A DNA stretch of 48,712 bases from NCBI GenBank assembly GCA_030637025.1, contig DAOVVV010000021.1:1-48712 (forward strand), in the 5' to 3' direction. Shown here in pieces: positions 1-7,655 of this stretch. Under the pieces are notes generated by a model that ran no database searches, was not told the origin of the DNA, and saw nothing but the letters and a program-made list of their open reading frames with translations. Origin of the DNA: Clostridia bacterium. GTDB lineage: Bacteria > CBDUZB01 > JAGLHV01. Position 1 is the first letter of the stretch. Every line of letters starts with the position of its first letter. The translations under genes were made by a program, and so were the position numbers.

Positions 1-424
1 CTTTATTAAGAATTTCCTCAAGTTTATTCATAGAAAAATTTCTTTTCTTACTAAGCACATTGGAAAGATAACTTTGATCGATATGAAATTTTTTACAGAA
101 ATTGTATCGGGACTTAAATTGTTTATGGATAAGTTCTGCAAGTTGGTCTCTATAATCTTCAAGTCCTGTCTCTTTTTGAATTGTTCCAAGCCTTGCTTCT
201 AAATCCTGACAAATTATAAAGAGTGGGCTCTCACCCATAAAAGCTTTAGTTTTACCTTTGTATACAAAATCAATTTTCGTCAGCCAATATATAGCAAATT
301 TATTCTTATCAGGTTTTCTTTTGAAATAACTCAATGTTTTAATAAAAAGGTCATATTCCTTTGAAGAAAGGTTTTCCAAGTTAATTACTTGTCCTTTTAG
401 AGTCCGATATTTGTTTTTCCTCAT
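1..424 (-). CDS. Partial gene (runs off the window) encoding a protein with a C-terminal XRE/Cro-like helix-turn-helix
   Basis: Not in the ORF track; my translation from ATG at 424 (RBS AAGGGGTG) is open to position 1: MRKNKYRTLKGQVINLENL...FKSRYNFCKKFHIDQSYLSNVLSKKRNFSMNKLEEILNK. The last segment has an HTH-like pattern. Confidence 0.7.
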   Translation of the reverse strand, partial: MRKNKYRTLKGQVINLENLSSKEYDLFIKTLSYFKRKPDKNKFAIYWLTKIDFVYKGKTKAFMGESPLFIICQDLEARLGTIQKETGLEDYRDQLAELIHKQFKSRYNFCKKFHIDQSYLSNVLSKKRNFSMNKLEEILNK

Positions 425-588
425 TATTATCACCCCTTATAAATTTTACTTGACCAGCAACCGAAAAATATATTTCCTCTTTCCACAATTATTTGAATGA
501 ATTTTTCCGAAACCTAGATTTTTGTCTTCTTTTAAGAAGAAAAAGGAAATAATTCTCTATCAATACTTTCCCTGCCTTTCTACTCTTA

Positions 589-617
589 ATAATAGCCCTT
601 ACTTTGCTATTTGTCAA
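589..617 (-). promoter_or_regulatory. Sigma70-type promoter for the HTH gene
   Basis: Minus strand TTGACA-17 bp-TATTAT. Confidence 0.55.
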
Positions 618-693
618 GTATTGCTTTTTGCTAAATTACTCTCATCAAAATTTAATTCTCTCAGACGGCATATTTTCCTTTTTTAAGGTTTAT

Positions 694-961
694 AAGAGTT
701 CTGCAAAATAGCCTTTTTACCTTTATTGTCATTCCTGCGAACAGACTGTGTCATAACTCATATTTTCATGTGGTAACCGCAGGCTTTAGCCTGCGTTATC
801 GTCGGAGCTTTTCCGCAGGCTAAAGCCTGCGACTACCAAAAAAGGGATTGTGACACAGTCTGGAAAGCAGGAATCTATTGATATTTAAGAACATTATAGA
901 TTCCGCATCATCCGCCTGAGGCGGAGCGGAATGACAGAATGTGTTATTTTGCAGAAGTCTA
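694..961. mobile_element. MITE-like element (TIR AGASTTCTGCAAAATA) with 9-bp flanking duplication, carrying nested repeats
   Basis: Ends AGAGTTCTGCAAAATA (695-710) and TATTTTGCAGAAGTCT (945-960); AAGGTTTAT at 685-693 and 962-970; related copy at 33218-33315. Confidence 0.8.
742..862. mobile_element. 121-bp inner MITE (TIR CAGACTGTGTCA) with 3-bp GAA duplication, containing an inverted REP pair
   Basis: CAGACTGTGTCA 742-753 / TGACACAGTCTG 851-862; GAA at 739-741 and 863-865; removing it restores the hairpin GTCATTCCTGCGAAAGCAGGAATC; inverted REP pair at 771-795 and 814-838. Confidence 0.8.
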
Positions 962-1430
962 AAGGTTTATGATTAGCTTTCTGGCTAATCAATGATATGC
1001 TCTCTCGCCCAGGGACGCTCGCCTCTCGGCGAAGCCGAGGAAAGTCACTGATTTTCTGACTCTTGTCAATATCTCCTTTTTTGAAAGTCAGAAGAATATT
1101 TTACACTATTTTGAGCGATGTCATTTAAAGTTCAAAAGTGCACATATTAAAAACAAAAAGATTTTAAAGTTTATAAAAAACAGTAATCGTTATGTTATGC
1201 AACAGTATCCATAACATTTGAGTTAAAAGGAAAAATCATATAAAGATATATTTTGTTTAAAATTATAGAGAACCATCAATGCTTACAGAAGGGGCCCCAT
1301 CAATAAGATGGTGTTAAAAATCCACGACAACCCATATGGCAAGGTAGAACTCCGCATTTATCCTTTGAATAAACTAATCTCTGAAGTAATATTCTAGTGC
1401 AATCCGCCATTAAGTACAGGCGAATTAAGC

Positions 1431-3353
1431 TCAAAAAACAGCTTTAATTCCTCCGTAAAAAGACGCACCGGAAACAGCAAATCCAAAAACTTCCTGATAA
1501 TCTCTATCGAGAAGGTTATTGATTTTTACAAAGACCTCAAGACTTTCAGTTAAATCATAGGTGCTAAAAAGATTAACCAGGGCATAATTTCCCAGAGTGA
1601 TTCGCTCACCGGGATAAGTAGTAAAATCCATATCTTCATATTCGCCTATATAAGATATATTTAAATTAATGTTTCCTTTTTGTAAAAAGAACCAATTAAC
1701 ATTAAGATTACTCTGACTTATCGGACGTCTCAATAATTCTAATTCTGTCTCTTTATCTTCACTCTCTGTGTAAGTATAATTAAGCTTTACTTTTAAACCC
1801 TCCAGGGGTTTAATCCCCATCTTTACTTCTAAGCCCTCTGTCCATGCATTCCCGATATTTTTGTATTCCCATGTATAACTATCCCAATCAATCATATTTT
1901 CAAAGTCATTGTGAAAATAGGTCACCCCTAAAGAAACTTTTTCTTCCAACAACCCCTGTTCCACACCTAAATCATACCCCCTGCTTTCATCCGGTTTTAA
2001 TTCCGTGTTTCCATAATCTGAGTAGAGTTGAAAAAGGGAAGGAGCTTTAAAACCTGTGCCCCAATTTCCTTTGAGTCGGGTATTAACCTGAGAAATAAAA
2101 TAAACAGAGGAAATTTTATAATTTAGCTGTGTTCCGAAAAGTTCATGCTCATCTGCTCTTAAACCCAGGGTAGTAAATAATTTATTACCTATTCTACACT
2201 GATTTTGCAAATAACCGGCAGTATTTTTTATACTTTTTTCGTTAAAATCACTAATATAAGTCCCTGACCGGTAAGAAGAAGAACCCTTTTCTTCTTCCCA
2301 CTCAAAACCAGCGGTTAGTGTATTTATTTTGCTTAATAAAAAATTATTCTGCCATTCTATTTTTTTATTTTCTCCTTTATACCAGCTGGTTTCATCTTCC
2401 ATTATATCTATCATATCTTCCTTGTCGCGATAGTTTCTTTCCATATTTAAAAAGGAAAGGGATAATTTATAATCCCATCGGGAAGAAAGTAATTGCTTGA
2501 ATTCTAATTTAGAAGTTAAGACTTTCCGGTCAGATTTATTGTTAGGGTCATCATTATAGCCTCCATCATCAACATCAATTTTAGCTTCTGTATAACGTAA
2601 ACTTAAATCCAGCTCATTTTTAGCTGATAAATTAAATCCTAAACGCGAAGAAATAGTAGTATTTTCAAAACCATCTTTTTCTAAATCTAAAATCTCACCT
2701 GCTGTTTGGGCTGCTTTAGAAATACCTGCAGAATCCAGCCGTGATAGAGAAAAAGAATAATTCACTTTTTCTGTTCCTCCCCTCACCCCTACAGACTCGC
2801 TAAAAGTATCATCGGTTCCTACTGAACCTGAAACTTCTATCTTTGCTTTTCCCCTTCCTTTTTTAGTAATAATATTAACTATTCCTCCTATAGCATCTGA
2901 ACCATACAGGGTACTTTGAGGTCCCCGGATAACTTCAATTCGTTCAATATTATCTGCAGTCAAACACCCAAGATCAAAAGACCTATCAGTACCCATAGGA
3001 TCATTCACTTCTACCCCGTCAATCATTACTAGGGTATAACCCGGCCTTGAACCCCTCAAATAAATAGAAGCCGTTCCCCCAAATCCGGAACATTGTAAAA
3101 TGCTCAATCCCGGAACATCTCTTAATAATTCCAATACCGTTCCTTTTCCTTTTTGGACAATCTCTTTTTCGGTAATTACTGTCACCCATGCTCCTATTTC
3201 GTCTTTTGCAACGTTTGTTTTAGTTGCACTCAGCACAACATCATCAGCATTATATTCCCCTATTTCTTTTTCTTCCTGCGCCCAACTACCCTGCGATAAA
3301 GTTACAAACAAAATAATTACTGCCACTTCTCGTAAAAACCACTTCATTTTCAT
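1431..3353 (-). CDS. btuB: TonB-dependent receptor, probable vitamin B12 transporter
   Basis: Plug motifs (LLRDVPGL, IERIEVIRGPQSTLYGSDAIGGIVNIIT), terminal Phe; last gene of a cobalamin-riboswitch operon. Start moved to ATG 3353 (RBS AAGGAGG) because the track's first 31 aa are translated repeat DNA. Confidence 0.85.
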   Translation of the reverse strand: MKMKWFLREVAVIILFVTLSQGSWAQEEKEIGEYNADDVVLSATKTNVAKDEIGAWVTVITEKEIVQKGKGTVLELLRDVPGLSILQCSGFGGTASIYLRGSRPGYTLVMIDGVEVNDPMGTDRSFDLGCLTADNIERIEVIRGPQSTLYGSDAIGGIVNIITKKGRGKAKIEVSGSVGTDDTFSESVGVRGGTEKVNYSFSLSRLDSAGISKAAQTAGEILDLEKDGFENTTISSRLGFNLSAKNELDLSLRYTEAKIDVDDGGYNDDPNNKSDRKVLTSKLEFKQLLSSRWDYKLSLSFLNMERNYRDKEDMIDIMEDETSWYKGENKKIEWQNNFLLSKINTLTAGFEWEEEKGSSSYRSGTYISDFNEKSIKNTAGYLQNQCRIGNKLFTTLGLRADEHELFGTQLNYKISSVYFISQVNTRLKGNWGTGFKAPSLFQLYSDYGNTELKPDESRGYDLGVEQGLLEEKVSLGVTYFHNDFENMIDWDSYTWEYKNIGNAWTEGLEVKMGIKPLEGLKVKLNYTYTESEDKETELELLRRPISQSNLNVNWFFLQKGNINLNISYIGEYEDMDFTTYPGERITLGNYALVNLFSTYDLTESLEVFVKINNLLDRDYQEVFGFAVSGASFYGGIKAVF

Positions 3354-3363
3354 TTCCTCCTTA

Positions 3364-3535
3364 TATTTTTTAGTTTGTAGTTGCAAAGCTTGCTTTGCGT
3401 ATAAGTTTTTTTTGTCTTTTTTTTTAACTTTGCTGGAGCGGAGCAAAAGTCCGCCAATCTTTAAGGCGGAGGCATCTGTGCCTTGATGCCTTTGTGCCTG
3501 TCTTTGTCTGTTATCTATGGACTATCGACACGGAC
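3364..3535 (-). repeat. Modular repeat array, locus 1 (heptamer A - octamer C - REP D)
   Basis: Minus strand: GTCGATAGTCCATAG, ACAAAGAC, AGGCACAA/AGGCATCA/AGGCACAG, inserted TCCGCC..GGCGGA hairpin, then 69 bp identical to 4500-4568. Confidence 0.9.
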
Positions 3536-4327
3536 TGTATTTTTTTTCCTTTCTTCTTCAGATACTATTAATATATGCGGTTTTAAAGAAAAGGGATTTT
3601 CTTTAACCACCACTACTGTTTTATATACTTCTTCAATCAAGGAATAGGTCAATACTTCCTTCGGAGTTCCTGTTTTACGAATTATTCCCCGATTAATCAT
3701 TATTAACCGGTCCGAATATTCACTGGCTAAATTAAGATTATGTAAAACCACAATTACCGTACGGCCTAATTCCCGGGTCAATTTCCTTATCAAATCTAAA
3801 ATTGCCACTTGATGAGTAATGTCCAAATGGGCTGTAGGCTCATCCAGCAAAAGCAATTTCGGCTCCTGAGTTAAGGCCCGGGCAATAAATACTAATTGTT
3901 TTTCTCCCTGGCTTATTTGCGTTACCAATTGATTCTTCAACTTAAATGTATCGGTTAATCTCATATATTTTTCAGCAATTTTTTTATCTTTTTGGGTTTC
4001 CATAAACTGTAATTTTGAATAATAAGGAATTCTCCCTAAAAGCACAAATTCTTCCACGGTCATTATCCCTACGCGGCAATCTTGAGAAACAACAGCTACT
4101 TCTCTCGCCAATTCCTTAAAACCCATTTTGTCTATACTCTTATCTCCCAGAATAATTTCACCTTGCTTAAATTTAAGCACTCTGGTTATCGCTTTAAGCA
4201 AGGTAGTTTTTCCCGAACCGTTAGGACCTATTATTCCGATAAACTCTCCTTGTTTTATTTTAAAATTAATCTCTTTAAGAACAACTTTTTCCTTATATCC
4301 ACAAGTTAAATTTTTTATTTCCAGCAT
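3515..4327 (-). CDS. btuD: Cobalamin/iron-chelate ABC transporter ATP-binding protein
   Basis: Walker A GPNGSGKTT, ISQGEKQ signature, LLLLDEPT; operon context. Confidence 0.88.
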   Translation of the reverse strand: MLEIKNLTCGYKEKVVLKEINFKIKQGEFIGIIGPNGSGKTTLLKAITRVLKFKQGEIILGDKSIDKMGFKELAREVAVVSQDCRVGIMTVEEFVLLGRIPYYSKLQFMETQKDKKIAEKYMRLTDTFKLKNQLVTQISQGEKQLVFIARALTQEPKLLLLDEPTAHLDITHQVAILDLIRKLTRELGRTVIVVLHNLNLASEYSDRLIMINRGIIRKTGTPKEVLTYSLIEEVYKTVVVVKENPFSLKPHILIVSEEERKKNTVRVDSP

Positions 4328-4360
4328 TATCTCTCCTTAAAATTAATTAAAAACAAAAAA

Positions 4361-4650
4361 TAGTCCATAGTCCACAGTCGATAGTCCATAGACAACAGAC
4401 ACAGAATAAATACTAAATCCTAATATCTAAATCCTAAACAAATCCAAAATTCAAAACAAAGACTAAAGAGAGGCACAAAGGCATAAAGGCACAGAGGCAC
4501 AAAGTTAAAAAAAAAGACAAAAAAAACTTATACGCAAAGCAAGCTTTGCAACTACAAACTAAAAAATACGGGTAAAATTTCACGTCCGGAGAAAAATATA
4601 TTTTGACTTTATCCCTAGTTCGGGTGAACACAGGGGTTCACCCCTACAAC
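4361..4650 (+). repeat. Modular repeat array, locus 2 (A-B-C-D-E plus a second GTAG-type REP)
   Basis: TAGTCCA-type x4 4361-4388; AAATCCT-type heptamers 4408-4456; AGGCACAA-type x4 4471-4502; GCAAAGCAAGCTTTGCAACTAC 4534-4555; GGGTGAACACAGGGGTTCACCCCTAC 4622-4647. Confidence 0.9.
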
Positions 4651-4660
4651 AACCTTCCGC

Positions 4661-5716
4661 TCACGAATTCCCTAATACAATTTGTTTTTTATTTAACGCA
4701 TAAACAAAAAGAATACCCCCTAATATTCCGGTAATTACTCCTACGGGTAATTCCAGGGGAGAAATAACCGTTCTGGCTATAGTATCGCAAAAAATCAGGA
4801 ATCCGGCCCCGGAAAGAAAAGAACTAATTAAAAGAATTCGATGATCCCCCCCCACGAACATTCGCATAAAATGAGGAACAAGCAATCCAACAAAACCAAT
4901 AACACCGGCAACTGCAACGCTAAAACCCGTAAGCACTGAAGCCAAAACAAAAAGCAGCCGTTTATTTTTTTCCACATTTATACCTAAATGCAGGGCTTCT
5001 TCTTCTCCCAGGGCAAAGGCGTTAAGCACTAAACAAAAAAAATAACTAACTATTAATCCGAAAATAGAAATTACAAGTGATAATTTTACCAGCAAAAAAT
5101 TTGGTGTTTCCAGAGAACCCATTATCCAAAAAATAATTCCGTGCAAATTTTCCGTATGAGAAACAGCCATAATCAGCATAATTAAGGAAGAAGCAATAAA
5201 ACTAACCATCACCCCGGTAAGTAAAAGTGATTGAATTCTTAATCTGCCGTCTTTTATACTCAAACCGTAAACCAGTAAAATCATTCCTGCCGCCCCCAGA
5301 AATCCAAATAAGGGTAAAAAATAAACAGTAATCCGGTTTAATCTAAAAACAATATTCAAACATACCCCTAATGCCGCTCCACCCGAAATACCCAGGGTAT
5401 AAGGCTCAACTAAGGGATTACGAAACATCCCCTGCAGTAGGACACCAGCCAGACTCAACGCTCCCCCAACCGCAAACCCCAGCATAATACGCGGCAGGCG
5501 AATATCGAAAAGAATACTGTATTCAGTCGTTCCTCTTCCTTCAAAAATTAAAGCAATAATTTTTCTAAGAGAAATACCGGTCGAACCAACACAAAGAGAA
5601 AAAATACTTATACTCACAAGGCCTGCACATAAAACAAATATCCAACCAATCCATAGCCATATTTTTTTGTTTATATCATTAGAAAATTTGCTTTTAAAAT
5701 TTTTAATTAAATTCAT
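4661..5716 (-). CDS. btuC: FecCD/BtuC-family ABC permease
   Basis: IRLPR, FRNPLVEPYTLGISGGA, GVIGFVGLLVPH, ELPVGVIT motifs. Confidence 0.9.
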   Translation of the reverse strand: MNLIKNFKSKFSNDINKKIWLWIGWIFVLCAGLVSISIFSLCVGSTGISLRKIIALIFEGRGTTEYSILFDIRLPRIMLGFAVGGALSLAGVLLQGMFRNPLVEPYTLGISGGAALGVCLNIVFRLNRITVYFLPLFGFLGAAGMILLVYGLSIKDGRLRIQSLLLTGVMVSFIASSLIMLIMAVSHTENLHGIIFWIMGSLETPNFLLVKLSLVISIFGLIVSYFFCLVLNAFALGEEEALHLGINVEKNKRLLFVLASVLTGFSVAVAGVIGFVGLLVPHFMRMFVGGDHRILLISSFLSGAGFLIFCDTIARTVISPLELPVGVITGILGGILFVYALNKKQIVLGNS

Positions 5717-5768
5717 TCTGTCTCCCCTTTAACTCCGAGTAATCTCAAATCTGTGTCTCCTTTCCCTA

Positions 5769-5793
5769 CGCAGGCTAAAGCCTGCGGCTACCA
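5769..5793 (-). repeat. GTAG-type REP hairpin
   Basis: Minus strand TGGTAGCCGCAGGCTTTAGCCTGCG; near-identical to 771-795 and 814-838. Confidence 0.85.
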
Positions 5794-5800
5794 GATTCCC

Positions 5801-6664
5801 TCAATTACCATCATTCTGTACTCCCTTTAACTCCGGATGTAGAATTTGTACTATTTCTTTTAGGGCGTCTACAAAACTTAGCGGAGTAGGACTGCAAATA
5901 GCATACGAATCAATAATATAAATTCTATTATTCTTTACTGCGTTTATCGTTTTATATTTCTGCCAAATTCCTTTCTCCTCTTCTCCAATAATTCCCATAG
6001 TTGCAATAATAATTACTTCAGGATTGTCATTAAGCACTTTTTCCCGACTGTAAAACCCTGCTTTTACCCTGCCCGCGACATTTATTCCTCCGGCAAGTTT
6101 TATAAAATCATGCACAAAAGAATCCTTATTTACCGTAAATAAGGGATTTGCTCCTACCTGAATAAAAACTGTCGTTTTTTTTGGAATTTGTTCAACTGTT
6201 TTTTTTATTTTTTTCATTTCATTTCCGGCAACAGTTATAATCTTTTCCGCTTTTTGTTTTCTTCCAACAATTTCCCCTAATTGCAAAAATTGTATACTGA
6301 GCTGGTTAAAATCCTTAGCTAAAGGAAAACGAATTACCTTTATCCCAAGTTTTTCCAACTTTCTAATGTATCTAAGGTTTGTTAAAGGCGTTGCCAGAAC
6401 TAAATCAGGACTAAGGCTTACCACCTTTTCTAAATTAATCTCTATTATCGTTCCCACCTTTTCCTTATTCTTAGCTTCTTCAGGCCTTTTACAAAAAACC
6501 GTGCACCCCACTATCCTATCCTGCACCCCTAATAAATAAAGCTGTTCGGTTATAGACGGTCCCAGTGAAATAATCCTTTGATTTACCCTGCTTAAATCAT
6601 CACCTGCCCTTAAAGGCATACAAAAAACTAAAGTGATCAGATTAAATAATAATATTATTTTCAT
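5801..6664 (-). CDS. btuF: Cobalamin-binding periplasmic protein (helical-backbone receptor)
   Basis: RIISLGPSITEQLYLLG, NLEKVVSLSPDLVL, AVKNNRIY; signal peptide starts at ATG 6664 (start uncertain). Confidence 0.85.
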   Translation of the reverse strand: MKIILLFNLITLVFCMPLRAGDDLSRVNQRIISLGPSITEQLYLLGVQDRIVGCTVFCKRPEEAKNKEKVGTIIEINLEKVVSLSPDLVLATPLTNLRYIRKLEKLGIKVIRFPLAKDFNQLSIQFLQLGEIVGRKQKAEKIITVAGNEMKKIKKTVEQIPKKTTVFIQVGANPLFTVNKDSFVHDFIKLAGGINVAGRVKAGFYSREKVLNDNPEVIIIATMGIIGEEEKGIWQKYKTINAVKNNRIYIIDSYAICSPTPLSFVDALKEIVQILHPELKGVQNDGN

Positions 6665-6715
6665 TTTTTTAGTAAAATAAATAATTTTCTTCCTCCGAGA
6701 TAAAAGCAAAAAAAT

Positions 6716-6954
6716 AAATACTAAACCCTAATATCTAAATCCTTCTTACTGACTGGCGGACAGGCAAATTCAAAATCTGAAATACTAAATTCAAAACAAA
6801 GACTAAAGACATGCATCAAGGCACAGAGGCACAAAGTAAAAAAAAGACAAAGACAAAAAAAACTTATAAGCAAAGCAAGCTTTGCAACTATAAACTAAAA
6901 AATAAAGGTAAAATGTGTTTCGAACGATATAGCAAATTTTAGCAAAAATTAGCG
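6716..6954 (+). repeat. Modular repeat array, locus 3 (B-C-D-G) in the riboswitch leader
   Basis: AAATACT/AAACCCT/AATATCT/AAATCCT heptamers, AAAGACTAAAGAC linker, GGCACA octamers, REP D 6863-6895, module G 6905-6954 (44/50 identical to 38273-38322). Confidence 0.9.
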
Positions 6955-7028
6955 TAAAAAAAACGATAAAAATTCGGAGTCTTCTAAGAAAGGAATATAG
7001 AAAAGTAAAATCTACAACAGGCTAAAAT

Positions 7029-7059
7029 AAAAAACCCTCACTCTTAGATTAAGTGAGGG
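7029..7059 (-). terminator. Intrinsic terminator of the riboswitch expression platform
   Basis: Minus strand CCCTCACT-loop-AGTGAGGG followed by a T run; upstream GAGGGAA (7081-7087) can pair with the 5' arm as antiterminator. Confidence 0.75.
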
Positions 7060-7099
7060 AAATAAAAACCTATATTTTTCTTCCCTCGAAGATATTCCT

Positions 7100-7205
7100 T
7101 CTAATGAATGATCGACCGGGCTTGTTTCACCAAATAAATTGATGAAATATTACCGTTGCGGGGCAGCATCCCGAATCTCACGGGAATTTCCTCCATCCAT
7201 CAGAT
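7100..7205 (-). ncRNA. Cobalamin riboswitch (compact form)
   Basis: Minus strand GGAGGAAATTCCCGTGAGATTCGGGATGCTGCCCCGCAACGGTAA...AAGCCCGGTCGATC matches cobalamin aptamer core motifs; lies upstream of btuFCDB. Boundaries approximate. Confidence 0.85.
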
Positions 7206-7240
7206 AAATTTTTTCATTGGCCAATTATAAAATTTTAAGA

Positions 7241-7654
7241 TTATCTTGTCAACGATTTATTTTTTTTCGGTGGCCGAACAATAAAAACCACTAAAGTAAA
7301 AATAGCGATAGACAGTGTAGGAATCTGTATTATTAATGGATTAACATCGGGATAAACTAATTTTTCTATATAGTAAACTATTAAAAACGAATCGGGGTAA
7401 AGTGGATTTTGACTGTATCTCATACGAAGATGGTTTTCAAGAATAGTTAAAGGACAATATTGGTCAAGAATATTTAAAGAACTAACATAGAAAATACCGC
7501 AGAGATGCAAAGTTCTAAATACCCGCCAATCCATGAAATTTTTGTTTTTAGTCAAAAAAACAGCATAAAATGTAAACACAAATCCTATTAACATAAAGAC
7601 TATCCATAAGAGATGTAAAATTAAAATTATATCAGCAAATATCTTATACACCAT
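7241..7654 (-). CDS. DUF2784-like membrane protein
   Basis: ADIILILHLLWIVF, LHL, CPLTILENHLR, YIEKLVYP motifs. Confidence 0.75.
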   Translation of the reverse strand: MVYKIFADIILILHLLWIVFMLIGFVFTFYAVFLTKNKNFMDWRVFRTLHLCGIFYVSSLNILDQYCPLTILENHLRMRYSQNPLYPDSFLIVYYIEKLVYPDVNPLIIQIPTLSIAIFTLVVFIVRPPKKNKSLTR

Positions 7655-7655
7655 T

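Noticed and set aside
1007-1050. RNase P RNA (GAGGAAAGTC at 1037-1046)
   Set aside because: The expected CGGGCTCC-like continuation and the rest of the roughly 350-nt GC-rich structure are absent.
4434-4631. 65-aa ORF, plus 3100..3486 and the btuB N-terminal extension
   Set aside because: They translate repeat DNA or the antisense of btuB; the shared peptide reflects the 69-bp repeat.
4361-4650. CRISPR array
   Set aside because: No constant 25-45 bp repeat separated by unique spacers, and no cas genes in the window.
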